DNA of 64,000 bases, taken from an uncultured Nitrospiraceae bacterium. Lineage in GTDB: Bacteria > Nitrospirota > Thermodesulfovibrionia > Thermodesulfovibrionales > Dissulfurispiraceae. Positions 55,927-64,000 of the stretch are shown in pieces. The stretch is from positions 512,001-576,000 of the forward strand of contig CAVPIW010000005.1 of assembly GCA_963705105.1 (NCBI GenBank), in the 5' to 3' direction. The translations under genes and the position numbers were made by a program. The notes beneath the pieces were generated by a model. The model was given only the letters and a program-made list of their open reading frames with translations, made no database searches and had not been told where the DNA came from. How positions within the stretch are numbered: the first letter of the stretch is position 1; every line of letters starts with the position of its first letter.

Positions 55927-57129
55927 TCATTCTTTTCCGCCTGCCTTTTCGATCAGCTCGACCATACCCGTGTACCCCCGTGATTTCGCGATGCGCAGGG
56001 CCGTCATGCCCCGGAAATCAGCGGCATTCACGTCGGCGTCTTTGTCGATGAGCAGCCCGGCGACTTCCGTCTGGTTCGTGTATGCCGCTGCCATCAGGGC
56101 TGTCCAGCCGTCCCTGGTCTTTCCCTTCACGTCAGCGCCGGCCTCTATCAGCAATTTCACGACAGCCGGCCGTTCCATCTGGACCGCGTCGATCAGCGGC
56201 GTCCACCCGTTGGCCATGGGGGCATTCACGTCGGCGCCGCCGTCGATGAGCAGTTTGACCACCCCGGCGTGTCCCCAGTGGGATGCGAACATGACAGGCG
56301 TCTGTCCCTTGGGATTCTTCTCGTTGACACGGGCCCCCTTCTCCAGGAGGAGACTGACGATGCCGCTGTGCCCCTTGCTTGCCGCCACCATCAGGGCGGA
56401 CCAGCCGTCGCTGTTCGTCGCGTTTGCATTCGCCCCGCGGGCCAGTAACTGTTTCGCCTTTTCCGATTTGTTCTCGTTCACCGCTTCAAGAAGCTCCTTG
56501 CTGAGCGACGACATCGGAAAGGCGGGGTCCTTTATCTTCAAACCCGCAATGACGGGATGTATCTCTTTGGGATTCGGCGTGTGCAGCCCCTTGGTGAAAG
56601 CGTCGCTGAAGAAGAACACATAAAAAACATGGTTTTTTTTGTAGTCTGCGGGGAAATGGAGGTAGATGACGGCCTCTACGGTGACCTCCGGTCCTGTACC
56701 CTTATAGCTCATGAAATGGAGTTTCTTCCCGCCGATTGTCGTCGTGCCTTTCTTCAAATCCTTCAACTCCTGTTTTGTCAGCGCATCGAAGGACTCCTTC
56801 GCACTTTTTTCCTCTTTCCTGAGATATGACTCCGCCATCTCATTTTCACCGAGGTCCCACTGTTCCGTCGGTGCACCCGTCCTGATGACCTGAATCGACG
56901 CCGATGACAGGGGCATTTTCGGATCGGCAGGATTTCGTATCACCCTTTGAAACTGGACGCTTCCCGATTCCCTGTCGATCGTTTCGGTCCAGTCCTTCCC
57001 GTCCGGCGGCCGTATCATAAAGCTGCCGGCATCGATGGTTTTCGCCGATGCCTCTTGTTGGGCGAGTGATCCTATCACGATAGAGCAGAGCAAAACCAGA
57101 AAAGTCATCAAGAAAAAAGATCTCTTCAT
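55927..57129 (-). CDS. exported ankyrin-repeat protein
   Basis: Signal peptide; about five G-T(P/A)L--A---G ankyrin repeats. Confidence 0.9.
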   Translation of the reverse strand: MKRSFFLMTFLVLLCSIVIGSLAQQEASAKTIDAGSFMIRPPDGKDWTETIDRESGSVQFQRVIRNPADPKMPLSSASIQVIRTGAPTEQWDLGENEMAESYLRKEEKSAKESFDALTKQELKDLKKGTTTIGGKKLHFMSYKGTGPEVTVEAVIYLHFPADYKKNHVFYVFFFSDAFTKGLHTPNPKEIHPVIAGLKIKDPAFPMSSLSKELLEAVNENKSEKAKQLLARGANANATNSDGWSALMVAASKGHSGIVSLLLEKGARVNEKNPKGQTPVMFASHWGHAGVVKLLIDGGADVNAPMANGWTPLIDAVQMERPAVVKLLIEAGADVKGKTRDGWTALMAAAYTNQTEVAGLLIDKDADVNAADFRGMTALRIAKSRGYTGMVELIEKAGGKE

Positions 57130-57274
57130 AATGAATCCTCCATTGTCCGACGAGTTGTAGGAATTACTGTCAGTTTACCCGATTGAACGGGATCCGGGAA
57201 AGAATGCTTTTTTCACGCTAGGGCTTATCGGGGAGAGCACTCTCTGTCCGTAATTCATTTAGTACAGGTTGTCC

Positions 57275-57356
57275 GTCATTCCGGCTTGTCCGGAATCTTT
57301 ATTTCAGAAGGATTCCCCGACGGCCCCCGCTTCATGCACGGGGCTGCGGGAATGAC
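57275..57356. repeat. GTCATTCC...GGAATGAC palindromic intergenic element
   Basis: GTCATTCCGG-CTTGT-CCGGAATC...GATTCCC...GGGAATGAC. Confidence 0.6.
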
Positions 57357-57464
57357 AATGAAGGTGACTTTATAACACCGGTGTTCTGACTGGCTGATGG
57401 GTCCCGCGGTGGATTTTTCGGGACTCCATCGGGTAAAATGATATGTTATATTCTTCGCCTGAAC

Positions 57465-57537
57465 GGCGGCGTACCCAAGTGGCTAAGGGAGAGGTCTGCA
57501 AAACCTCGATGCAGCGGTTCGAATCCGCTCGCCGCCT
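57465..57537 (+). tRNA. tRNA-Cys(GCA), CCA not encoded
   Basis: GGCGGCG acceptor stem, GAGGTCTGCAAAACCTC anticodon arm, GGTTCGAATCC. Confidence 0.95.
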
Positions 57538-57669
57538 CTCTTCAATTCATCTCTGCAGTGACTTCGCTTCCCTCGTCTGTCTTACTGAGGCTCTCACAGT
57601 GTAATCAGGAACATTCTTGACCGACTTCTTGACAAACCAACGGAAATCTATGCACAGGTCGCTATGATA

Positions 57670-57717
57670 ACCATTGTAGTTGCATAGAAAGGCGGGGCGT
57701 GTAGTACAACGATAAGG
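57670..57717 (-). repeat. miniature MITE-like copy
   Basis: TGTAGTTGCATAGAAAGGCGGGGCG...CAACGATAAGG. Confidence 0.65.
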
Positions 57718-57765
57718 ATACATCAGGCGCTCTGAATGAAATCTTCATTTATCGACTAATGATTA

Positions 57766-57794
57766 TTGACATAGTTGAACTCATTTGCTATGAT
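57766..57794 (+). promoter_or_regulatory. sigma70 promoter of the dnaJ operon overlapped by a HAIR-like operator
   Basis: TTGACA-17 nt-TATGAT with TG extension; TTGACA-N7-ACTCAT resembles TTGAGT-N7-ACTCAA. Confidence 0.7.
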
Positions 57795-57815
57795 AAGAAA
57801 TAAGTGAGGTGAACT

Positions 57816-58883
57816 ATGGCAACGACCGTGAAGGATTACTACGCCGTACTGGGAGTAAACAAGGACGCCTCTCAGGATGACATCAAGAAGGCCTTCAGGA
57901 AACTTGCGCGGAAGTATCATCCTGACCTGAACCCCGGCGACAAGAAGGCGGAGGAAAAGTTCAAGGACCTCAACGAGGCCTATGCGGTCCTCGGTGATGC
58001 ACAGAAGCGCGCGGAGTATGACAAGGGAGGCACGGCTGCCTTCGAGGGGTTTGAGGGAGGCGGCTTCGATTTCAGGGAGTCTTTCGATTTCGGCGATATC
58101 TTCGGCGACATCTTCGGAGGACGCCATGCTGCGGGTCCTCACTATGGAAAGGGTGAGGACATCCTCATGGGCATGGAGATGACCCTTGAGGATGCCTACA
58201 ACGGCATCACGAGGCCGATCTCCGTGACGAGGGCGTCGAACTGCGATGCCTGTGGAGGGAGCGGCGCCGAGGGATACCAGACCTGCGACCGGTGCAAGGG
58301 GACCGGCCAGAGCCAGGCGTCAAAGGGATTCTTCAAGATGTCCCAGGCCTGCCCCGAATGCAGGGGGACAGGAAGGAAGATCACCGCCGCCTGCAGAAAG
58401 TGCGCGGGCAGGGGAAAGGTCCTGATGACCGATACGGTGAAAGTGAAGATTCCGGCCGGCGTCGACAACGGCTCCGTTGTCCGCCTGAAAGGCAAGGGCC
58501 ATGCGGGAGAGGGAGGAGGGCCTCCGGGCGACCTGCTCATCGAAATAAGCGTTCGGCAGCACCGCCTGTTCCGGAGGAAGGGAGATGACATCCATGTGCA
58601 GCTTCCCGTCACCTTCGGCGAGGCGGCCCTGGGCACGAAGATCGAGGTGCCGACAATTGACGGCGTTTCGGTCATGAAGCTGCCGCCCGGTACACAGGGC
58701 GGGCAGAGGTTCAAACTTTCCGGGAAGGGGTTTGTCTCTCCCAGGACGAAACAGCGGGGAGACGAGGTCGTCGAGATAAAGATCGTGGTTCCGAAGAACA
58801 TTCCGGATAGCGCGAGGGATGCCCTGAAAGTCATTGAATCGCTCTATACGGAGAGCCCGAGAAAAGGGACGGTGTCGAAATGA
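57816..58883 (+). CDS. dnaJ: chaperone DnaJ
   Basis: J domain HPD, G/F region, four CxxCxGxG repeats. Confidence 0.96.
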   Translation: MATTVKDYYAVLGVNKDASQDDIKKAFRKLARKYHPDLNPGDKKAEEKFKDLNEAYAVLGDAQKRAEYDKGGTAAFEGFEGGGFDFRESFDFGDIFGDIFGGRHAAGPHYGKGEDILMGMEMTLEDAYNGITRPISVTRASNCDACGGSGAEGYQTCDRCKGTGQSQASKGFFKMSQACPECRGTGRKITAACRKCAGRGKVLMTDTVKVKIPAGVDNGSVVRLKGKGHAGEGGGPPGDLLIEISVRQHRLFRRKGDDIHVQLPVTFGEAALGTKIEVPTIDGVSVMKLPPGTQGGQRFKLSGKGFVSPRTKQRGDEVVEIKIVVPKNIPDSARDALKVIESLYTESPRKGTVSK

Positions 58884-59239
58884 AGGGGAGAAAGCGTGAA
58901 GATACAGCCAGACCTCTGTACATGATCAGTGTCGTTTCAAGGATGCTCGAAGTGCATCCGCAGACCCTGAGGATGTATGAAAGAGAGGGATTTATCATAC
59001 CCCGCCGGGTGAACAGGCAGCGGCTCTATTCAGACGACGACATCGAGCGGCTGAACCTCGTAATACAGCTGACGAAGGAAATGGGTGTGAACAAGGCGGG
59101 CGTTGATATCATTCTGAGGATGAGGAACCGCATCGAGGCACTCCAGGACGAGATGAGGGAGATGATGAGATTTCTCGAAGATGACGTGAGAAGGGAGTTC
59201 GAGGAAAAGATCCGGTCCCTCTATTCCGAGGAAAAGTAG
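58880..59239 (+). CDS. hspR: HspR-type MerR-family heat-shock regulator
   Basis: [27 protein letters not shown]. Confidence 0.85.
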   Translation: MKGRKREDTARPLYMISVVSRMLEVHPQTLRMYEREGFIIPRRVNRQRLYSDDDIERLNLVIQLTKEMGVNKAGVDIILRMRNRIEALQDEMREMMRFLEDDVRREFEEKIRSLYSEEK

Positions 59240-59257
59240 CGCCGGTGACACATATAA

Positions 59258-59449
59258 ACCTTACTCTCGCCATCGGACCTCCGGAAAGGCAGGGCGTATG
59301 CGCCGACAAGCCTCGGTGCTGCGAAACCTTTGCCTTCCCATGAAGATTATATCGGGCCGACGGCTGACAAAATCTCTTTCTGGCACTCACACTGTCACTG
59401 ATACTGTTTTTCAGAGCGCTTCGCCCTGCCTTTTCATACAACTGGGGGT
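59258..59449 (+). repeat. MITE-like repeat copy
   Basis: CCGGAAAGGCAGGGCGTATGCGCCGA...CACTCACACTGTCACTGATACTGTTTTTCAGAGCGCTTCGCCCTGCC. Confidence 0.7.
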
Positions 59450-59537
59450 AAAGATCGTGTTATTGGAGTCCAACATGATGTTCCGCAGCGTCTTGCTGCA
59501 AACCGCTTTGGTTACGAGTGAGTTCAGGCGGTATTTC

Positions 59538-59562
59538 GGGCCGTTCGGGGAACGGCCCCTGC
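59538..59562 (-). repeat. REP-like hairpin
   Basis: Reverse complement GCAGGGGCCGTTCCCCGAACGGCCC differs by one base from 29734-29758. Confidence 0.65.
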
Positions 59563-59649
59563 AGTGAAAAAATGCTGTTGCAGACGCCCGTTCCGTCGTT
59601 TTACCCATCTGCAACATTGAGATATATTTTATGAAGGAGGCTATATATC

Positions 59650-62295
59650 ATGAGACTGGATAAATTGACTGTCAAGAGCCAGGAGGCCCTCCAGGAGGCC
59701 CAGCGCATCGCCGAGCGGAAGGGCAACCAGCAGCTCGACGTGGAGCATCTCCTGTCGGCGCTGCTCGTCGATGAGGAGGGGACGGTCTTCCAGATCCTCT
59801 CCAGACTCGGCGCGGACATCAACGCCGTCAGGGCGGAGATCGAGAAAGAGATAGAGAAGTTTCCCAAGGTATCTGGCGCGACGCCCCTCGGCCAGATATA
59901 CCTTTCGCCGCGCCTGAAGGCAGTGTTCGAGAAGGCCTTCGAAGAGGCGGGCCATCTGACGGACGAATTCATCAGCGTGGAGCACCTGCTCATCGCCATC
60001 GTGAACGAATACGGGCCGGCTTCGGAGATCCTCAAACGGCAGGGTGTCACAGCCGATACCATCCTCACCGTATTAACCGACATCAGGGGATCGCAGCGCG
60101 TGACGGACCCCAATCCCGAGGAGAAATTCCAGGCCCTCAAGCGGTACGGGAAAGACCTTACCGATCTTGCCAAGAGAGGCAAGCTCGATCCCGTGATCGG
60201 CAGGGATGAGGAGATCAGGAGAGTCGTCCAGGTCCTTTCGCGGCGGACGAAGAACAACCCCGTCCTGATCGGGGACCCCGGAGTCGGAAAGACCGCCATC
60301 GTCGAGGGCTTGGCCCAGAGGATCGTGGCGGGAGACGTGCCCGAGTCGCTGAGGGACAAACGTCTCATAGGCATCGACATCGGGAGCCTCGTCGCAGGCT
60401 CTAAATACAGGGGAGAATTCGAGGAGCGCCTCAAGGCGGTGCTCAAGGAGATCGAGAAGTCGGAAGGCAAGATCATCACTTTTATTGACGAACTTCACAC
60501 CCTTGTCGGCGCAGGCGCCGCTGAAGGCGCTGTCGACGCGTCCAACATGATGAAGCCGGCACTTGCCAGGGGCGACCTCCGGTGCATCGGCGCGACGACG
60601 GTGAACGAATACCGGAAACACATCGAGAAGGACCCTGCCCTCGAGCGGCGGTTCCAGCCCGTCAACGTCAGCGAACCCTCCGTCGAGGACACCATATCGA
60701 TCCTGCGAGGTCTCAAGGAACGGTACGAAGTGCATCACGGCGTGAAGATCAAAGACGCCGCACTCATCGCGGCCGCCATGCTCTCGCAGCGCTACATCAC
60801 CGACCGATATCTCCCTGACAAGGCGATTGACCTCATCGACGAGTCCGCCGCCCGGCTGCGCATGGAGATCGACAGCATGCCCGTGGAGCTCGACGAGATC
60901 GAGAGGAAGATCAGGCAGCTCGAGATCGAAAAGCAGGCCCTCATGAGGGACGACTCGGACGACGGGCGGGAGAAGCTCGATAAACTGGTGCGGGAGATGG
61001 CGGAGCTCGGGGAGAAGAGGGACGCGCTCAGGACCCAGTGGATGAGCGAGAAAGAGGTGATCCAGAGGATCAGGGACATCAAGGAGCAGATCGAGAAGAC
61101 CAAGAACGAATCGGAGCTTGCCGAGAGGGACGGCGATCTCACCAAAGCGGCGGAGCTCAGATACGGCACACTCATTAACCTGCAGCGGTCCCTCGACGAG
61201 GAGAACAGGAAACTCAAGGACACCCAGACGAAGCGCCAGATGCTGAAAGAGGAGGTCGACGAGGAGGACATCGCCGAGGTCGTTTCGAAATGGACGGGAG
61301 TGCCGGTGACGCGCATGATCGAGAGCGAGGTGCAGAAGCTCATCCACATGGATGATCGCCTGAGGCTCCGCGTCGTCGGGCAGGACGATGCGATCGTCGC
61401 CGTCTCCAACGCCATCAGGAGGGCACGGGCAGGCATCCAGGACCCGAACAGGCCGATCGGCTCCTTCATCTTCCTCGGACCCACCGGTGTGGGCAAGACG
61501 GAGCTCGGAAAGGCGCTGGCCGAATTCCTCTTTGACGACGAAGGCGCCATGATCAGAATCGACATGTCCGAATACCAGGAGCGCCACACCGTCTCCCGCC
61601 TCATCGGCGCACCGCCGGGCTATGTGGGCTACGAAGAAGGCGGGCAGCTCACCGAGGCCGTCAGGAGGAGGCCCTACGCGGTCATCCTCTTCGACGAAGT
61701 GGAGAAGGCACACCCCGAAGTGTTCAACGTGCTGCTCCAGCTTCTCGACGACGGCCGGCTCACGGACGGCCACGGCAGGACCGTGGACTTCAGGAATTCC
61801 GTCGTGATCATGACGTCCAACATCGGCAGCGTTCATATCCAGGAGATCCTCGAGAAATCAGCGAAACGGAAGGCCGTCCACTGGAGCGGTGAAGACGGCG
61901 GTGACCTCAAAGAAAAGGTCATGGAGGACCTGAAGGGTTTCTTCAGGCCCGAGTTTCTGAACAGGGTCGACGAGATCATCATCTTCAATCCCCTCTCGGA
62001 GGAGCTCCTGAGGGCGGTCGTCCGGATTCAGGTGGAGCGTATGAAGAGGTACCTGAGGGACAAGAAGATCGATTTCACGCTGACCGACGCAGCCACGGCG
62101 TATATCGCCCGCATCGGATACGATCCGGTATATGGCGCCCGTCCCCTGAAGCGTGCCATTCAGAAGGAGATTCTCAACCCTCTCGCCCTGAGGCTTCTGG
62201 ATGGCTCGATCAGGGAGGGAGATGCCGTCGAGATCGATTATGCCGATGACAAGATGATCTTCAACAAGATAGATGTTGCCGAGACCGTTTCATAG
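59650..62295 (+). CDS. clpB: ATP-dependent chaperone ClpB
   Basis: Two AAA+ modules ([16 protein letters not shown]), long coiled-coil middle domain, GARPL. Confidence 0.97.
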   Translation: MRLDKLTVKSQEALQEAQRIAERKGNQQLDVEHLLSALLVDEEGTVFQILSRLGADINAVRAEIEKEIEKFPKVSGATPLGQIYLSPRLKAVFEKAFEEAGHLTDEFISVEHLLIAIVNEYGPASEILKRQGVTADTILTVLTDIRGSQRVTDPNPEEKFQALKRYGKDLTDLAKRGKLDPVIGRDEEIRRVVQVLSRRTKNNPVLIGDPGVGKTAIVEGLAQRIVAGDVPESLRDKRLIGIDIGSLVAGSKYRGEFEERLKAVLKEIEKSEGKIITFIDELHTLVGAGAAEGAVDASNMMKPALARGDLRCIGATTVNEYRKHIEKDPALERRFQPVNVSEPSVEDTISILRGLKERYEVHHGVKIKDAALIAAAMLSQRYITDRYLPDKAIDLIDESAARLRMEIDSMPVELDEIERKIRQLEIEKQALMRDDSDDGREKLDKLVREMAELGEKRDALRTQWMSEKEVIQRIRDIKEQIEKTKNESELAERDGDLTKAAELRYGTLINLQRSLDEENRKLKDTQTKRQMLKEEVDEEDIAEVVSKWTGVPVTRMIESEVQKLIHMDDRLRLRVVGQDDAIVAVSNAIRRARAGIQDPNRPIGSFIFLGPTGVGKTELGKALAEFLFDDEGAMIRIDMSEYQERHTVSRLIGAPPGYVGYEEGGQLTEAVRRRPYAVILFDEVEKAHPEVFNVLLQLLDDGRLTDGHGRTVDFRNSVVIMTSNIGSVHIQEILEKSAKRKAVHWSGEDGGDLKEKVMEDLKGFFRPEFLNRVDEIIIFNPLSEELLRAVVRIQVERMKRYLRDKKIDFTLTDAATAYIARIGYDPVYGARPLKRAIQKEILNPLALRLLDGSIREGDAVEIDYADDKMIFNKIDVAETVS

Positions 62296-62373
62296 GGCGG
62301 TCTTTGGCCGCCTGAAAAAAGGATACGAAGGGGTCGGGGACTGTGACAGCCCGGCCGGCAGAAGGAGGATATC

Positions 62374-62829
62374 ATGTCGATCATGAAATGGAGCCCCATG
62401 AAGGAACTGGAAGAGATGAGGAGGGACATGGACCGGCTGTTCGATGAAGTCTTCACGCCCGGCCGGAGGAGGAGATGGCCCGGCAAGACGGAACCCGGCA
62501 TCGTCGTACCGAGCATCGAGGTGTATGACCGGAAAAGCGAGATCGTCGTCAAGGCCGAGCTGCCCGGAGTCACGAAGGACGACATCGATCTCACCATCAC
62601 GAAGGATTCCCTGACCCTGAAGGGAGAAGTAAAGAGGGAGGAGGAGGTCAAGGAAGAGGACTACTATTCCTGCGAGCGGACCTTCGGCAGTTTCGCGAGG
62701 ACCGTCGCCCTTCCCGTCGATGTGGACAGTGAAAAGGCGAAGGCGACCTTCACCAACGGTATCCTCGAGATCGTTCTTCCCAAGAAGGAGGAGGCGAAGC
62801 CGAAGGAGATCAAGATCGAGGTGAAGTAG
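62374..62829 (+). CDS. Hsp20/alpha-crystallin small heat-shock protein
   Basis: AELPGV, ER-FG-F-R, A-F-NGILEI-LPK, I-I tail. Confidence 0.95.
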   Translation: MSIMKWSPMKELEEMRRDMDRLFDEVFTPGRRRRWPGKTEPGIVVPSIEVYDRKSEIVVKAELPGVTKDDIDLTITKDSLTLKGEVKREEEVKEEDYYSCERTFGSFARTVALPVDVDSEKAKATFTNGILEIVLPKKEEAKPKEIKIEVK

Positions 62830-62912
62830 ACCGGGCAGGATTGTACTCTCACGGGGGCGGGGATGACCTTCCCCCATCTTGTTTCGCGTCCCCGGCAAAA
62901 AAGCTTATCGTC

Positions 62913-63131
62913 ACCCCTGTAGTTGTATAAAAAGGCGGGGCGAAGCGCCTCAAATCCTTGCTGAAGGCGACGATACGCCCCCTCGTTAGCTTTGTGTTTC
63001 AGGATTCCACTCTTTGTGTCATCGACCATTGGCGTATAGTTCGTCTGCCCTTTCGATACAGGTGTCGCCGCAGCAAGGTATTCGACGCATACACCCCGCC
63101 TTTACCGGCATGTATTGCTCAACGATAAGGT
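62913..63131 (-). repeat. full-length MITE-like repeat copy
   Basis: ACCCCTGTAGTTG...AGGCGGGGCGAAGCGCC...CAGGATTCCACTCTTTGTGTCATCGA...CAACGATAAGGT. Confidence 0.8.
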
Positions 63132-63277
63132 CAATTCAATCAGCTATCAAAGAGCGTGTGGCCCCCGGCAGGCCGGAAGCCCCGACAATCCCATTTCCTC
63201 ATTTACCCTGCCAAAGAGAGGTCTCGCAAGCCGAGTCGTGAGATTGTCGCAAGCTGTGTCGCAAGATTGTCGCAAGT

Positions 63278-64000
63278 TCAACCAGTCCCCTTCATCCGGT
63301 AGACGAGCTTGTTGGTCGATCCCTCCGAAACCAACAGCCCCATATCCACCATGGCCTTCAGGTCGCGCTGCAGAGAGCGGCGGTTGACCTCGGGAAAGTA
63401 GTGCTCGAAATCCTGGATGGTCAGACTGCCGTGTTCCAGAATGTGGCCGAGGACTTTGGTCTGGCGCTCCGAAAGTCTGTGCTCTTTGATGAGCACATCC
63501 CGGCGGATGGCCTGCTCTCCGCGCTCCCTGACTTCGGCAAGCTGCGTGGTCAGCCCCTCGACGAAATATTCCAGCCAGCCGGTCATGTCCATGCGGTGCT
63601 CGCGGACGCTCTGGATAGCCCGATAGAATGCCGGCCGGTCTCGGTCGTAGTATTCGCTGATCGCAAACAGCCGCTTGAAGTCGTACCCGGCCCGGTAGAG
63701 GCACAAGGTCGAGAGCAGCCGGGAAGTCCGGCCGTTGCCATCCAGAAACGGGTGGATATGCACGAGCTGGAACTGAGAGATGCCGCTCACCAGAACCGGG
63801 TGAACCTCCGTCTCCTGGTTTAGCCAGTCCACCAGATCCGCCATCATGATCGGCACATCATGCGCCGGGGGCGGAGTGTAGACCGTCTCGCCGGTGGTCG
63901 AGTTGACCACGTAGTTCTGGATTTTCCGATACTCGCCGGGAGCAGCTGCTCCGCCACGCACGCCCTCGACGAGCCGCTTGTGAATTTCCCGAACGAGCCC
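63278..64000 (-). CDS. Fic-family protein with C-terminal winged HTH (5' end outside window)
   Basis: [12 protein letters not shown]ic motif; [11 protein letters not shown]. Confidence 0.92.
   Translation of the reverse strand, partial: GLVREIHKRLVEGVRGGAAAPGEYRKIQNYVVNSTTGETVYTPPPAHDVPIMMADLVDWLNQETEVHPVLVSGISQFQLVHIHPFLDGNGRTSRLLSTLCLYRAGYDFKRLFAISEYYDRDRPAFYRAIQSVREHRMDMTGWLEYFVEGLTTQLAEVRERGEQAIRRDVLIKEHRLSERQTKVLGHILEHGSLTIQDFEHYFPEVNRRSLQRDLKAMVDMGLLVSEGSTNKLVYRMKGTG

Noticed and set aside
57465..57537. tRNA-Cys as an island integration site
   Set aside because: No duplicated 3' fragment or integrase seen in the window

Overview
High-GC bacterial chromosomal window. Gene style and the rRNA operon suggest Nitrospirota (Thermodesulfovibrionia-like); this is an inference, not a database result. 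1-12.6 kb holds housekeeping genes (NYN, PAP2, yggU, yicC, remA, gmk, rpoZ, coaBC, aminopeptidase P, efp, accBC, thiE). About 12.65-27.25 kb is an AT-richer, decaying accessory island that looks defence-related. It contains a large Mrr-type nuclease gene split by an IS256, an IS630 nested in an IS3, an IS481-like element inside nested group II intron remnants, and a UvrD-like helicase pseudogene. Its standout is a tightly coupled five-gene operon: a dNMP-kinase-like P-loop protein followed by four paralogous dCTP-deaminase/dUTPase-fold genes, the last catalytically degenerate and fused to a transmembrane helix. This is a candidate nucleotide-depletion or nucleotide-signalling defence system; two of its genes carry 1-bp frameshifts. 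The rest has a ParE toxin-antitoxin pair, exeAB, hrpB, an HprK-like kinase/PqqD pair, a MacAB-like exporter, a complete minus-strand rRNA operon (23S with a heptamer-repeat hairpin insertion), tRNA-Cys, and dnaJ-hspR-clpB-hsp20. About 13 copies of a modular MITE-like repeat occupy core intergenic spaces.
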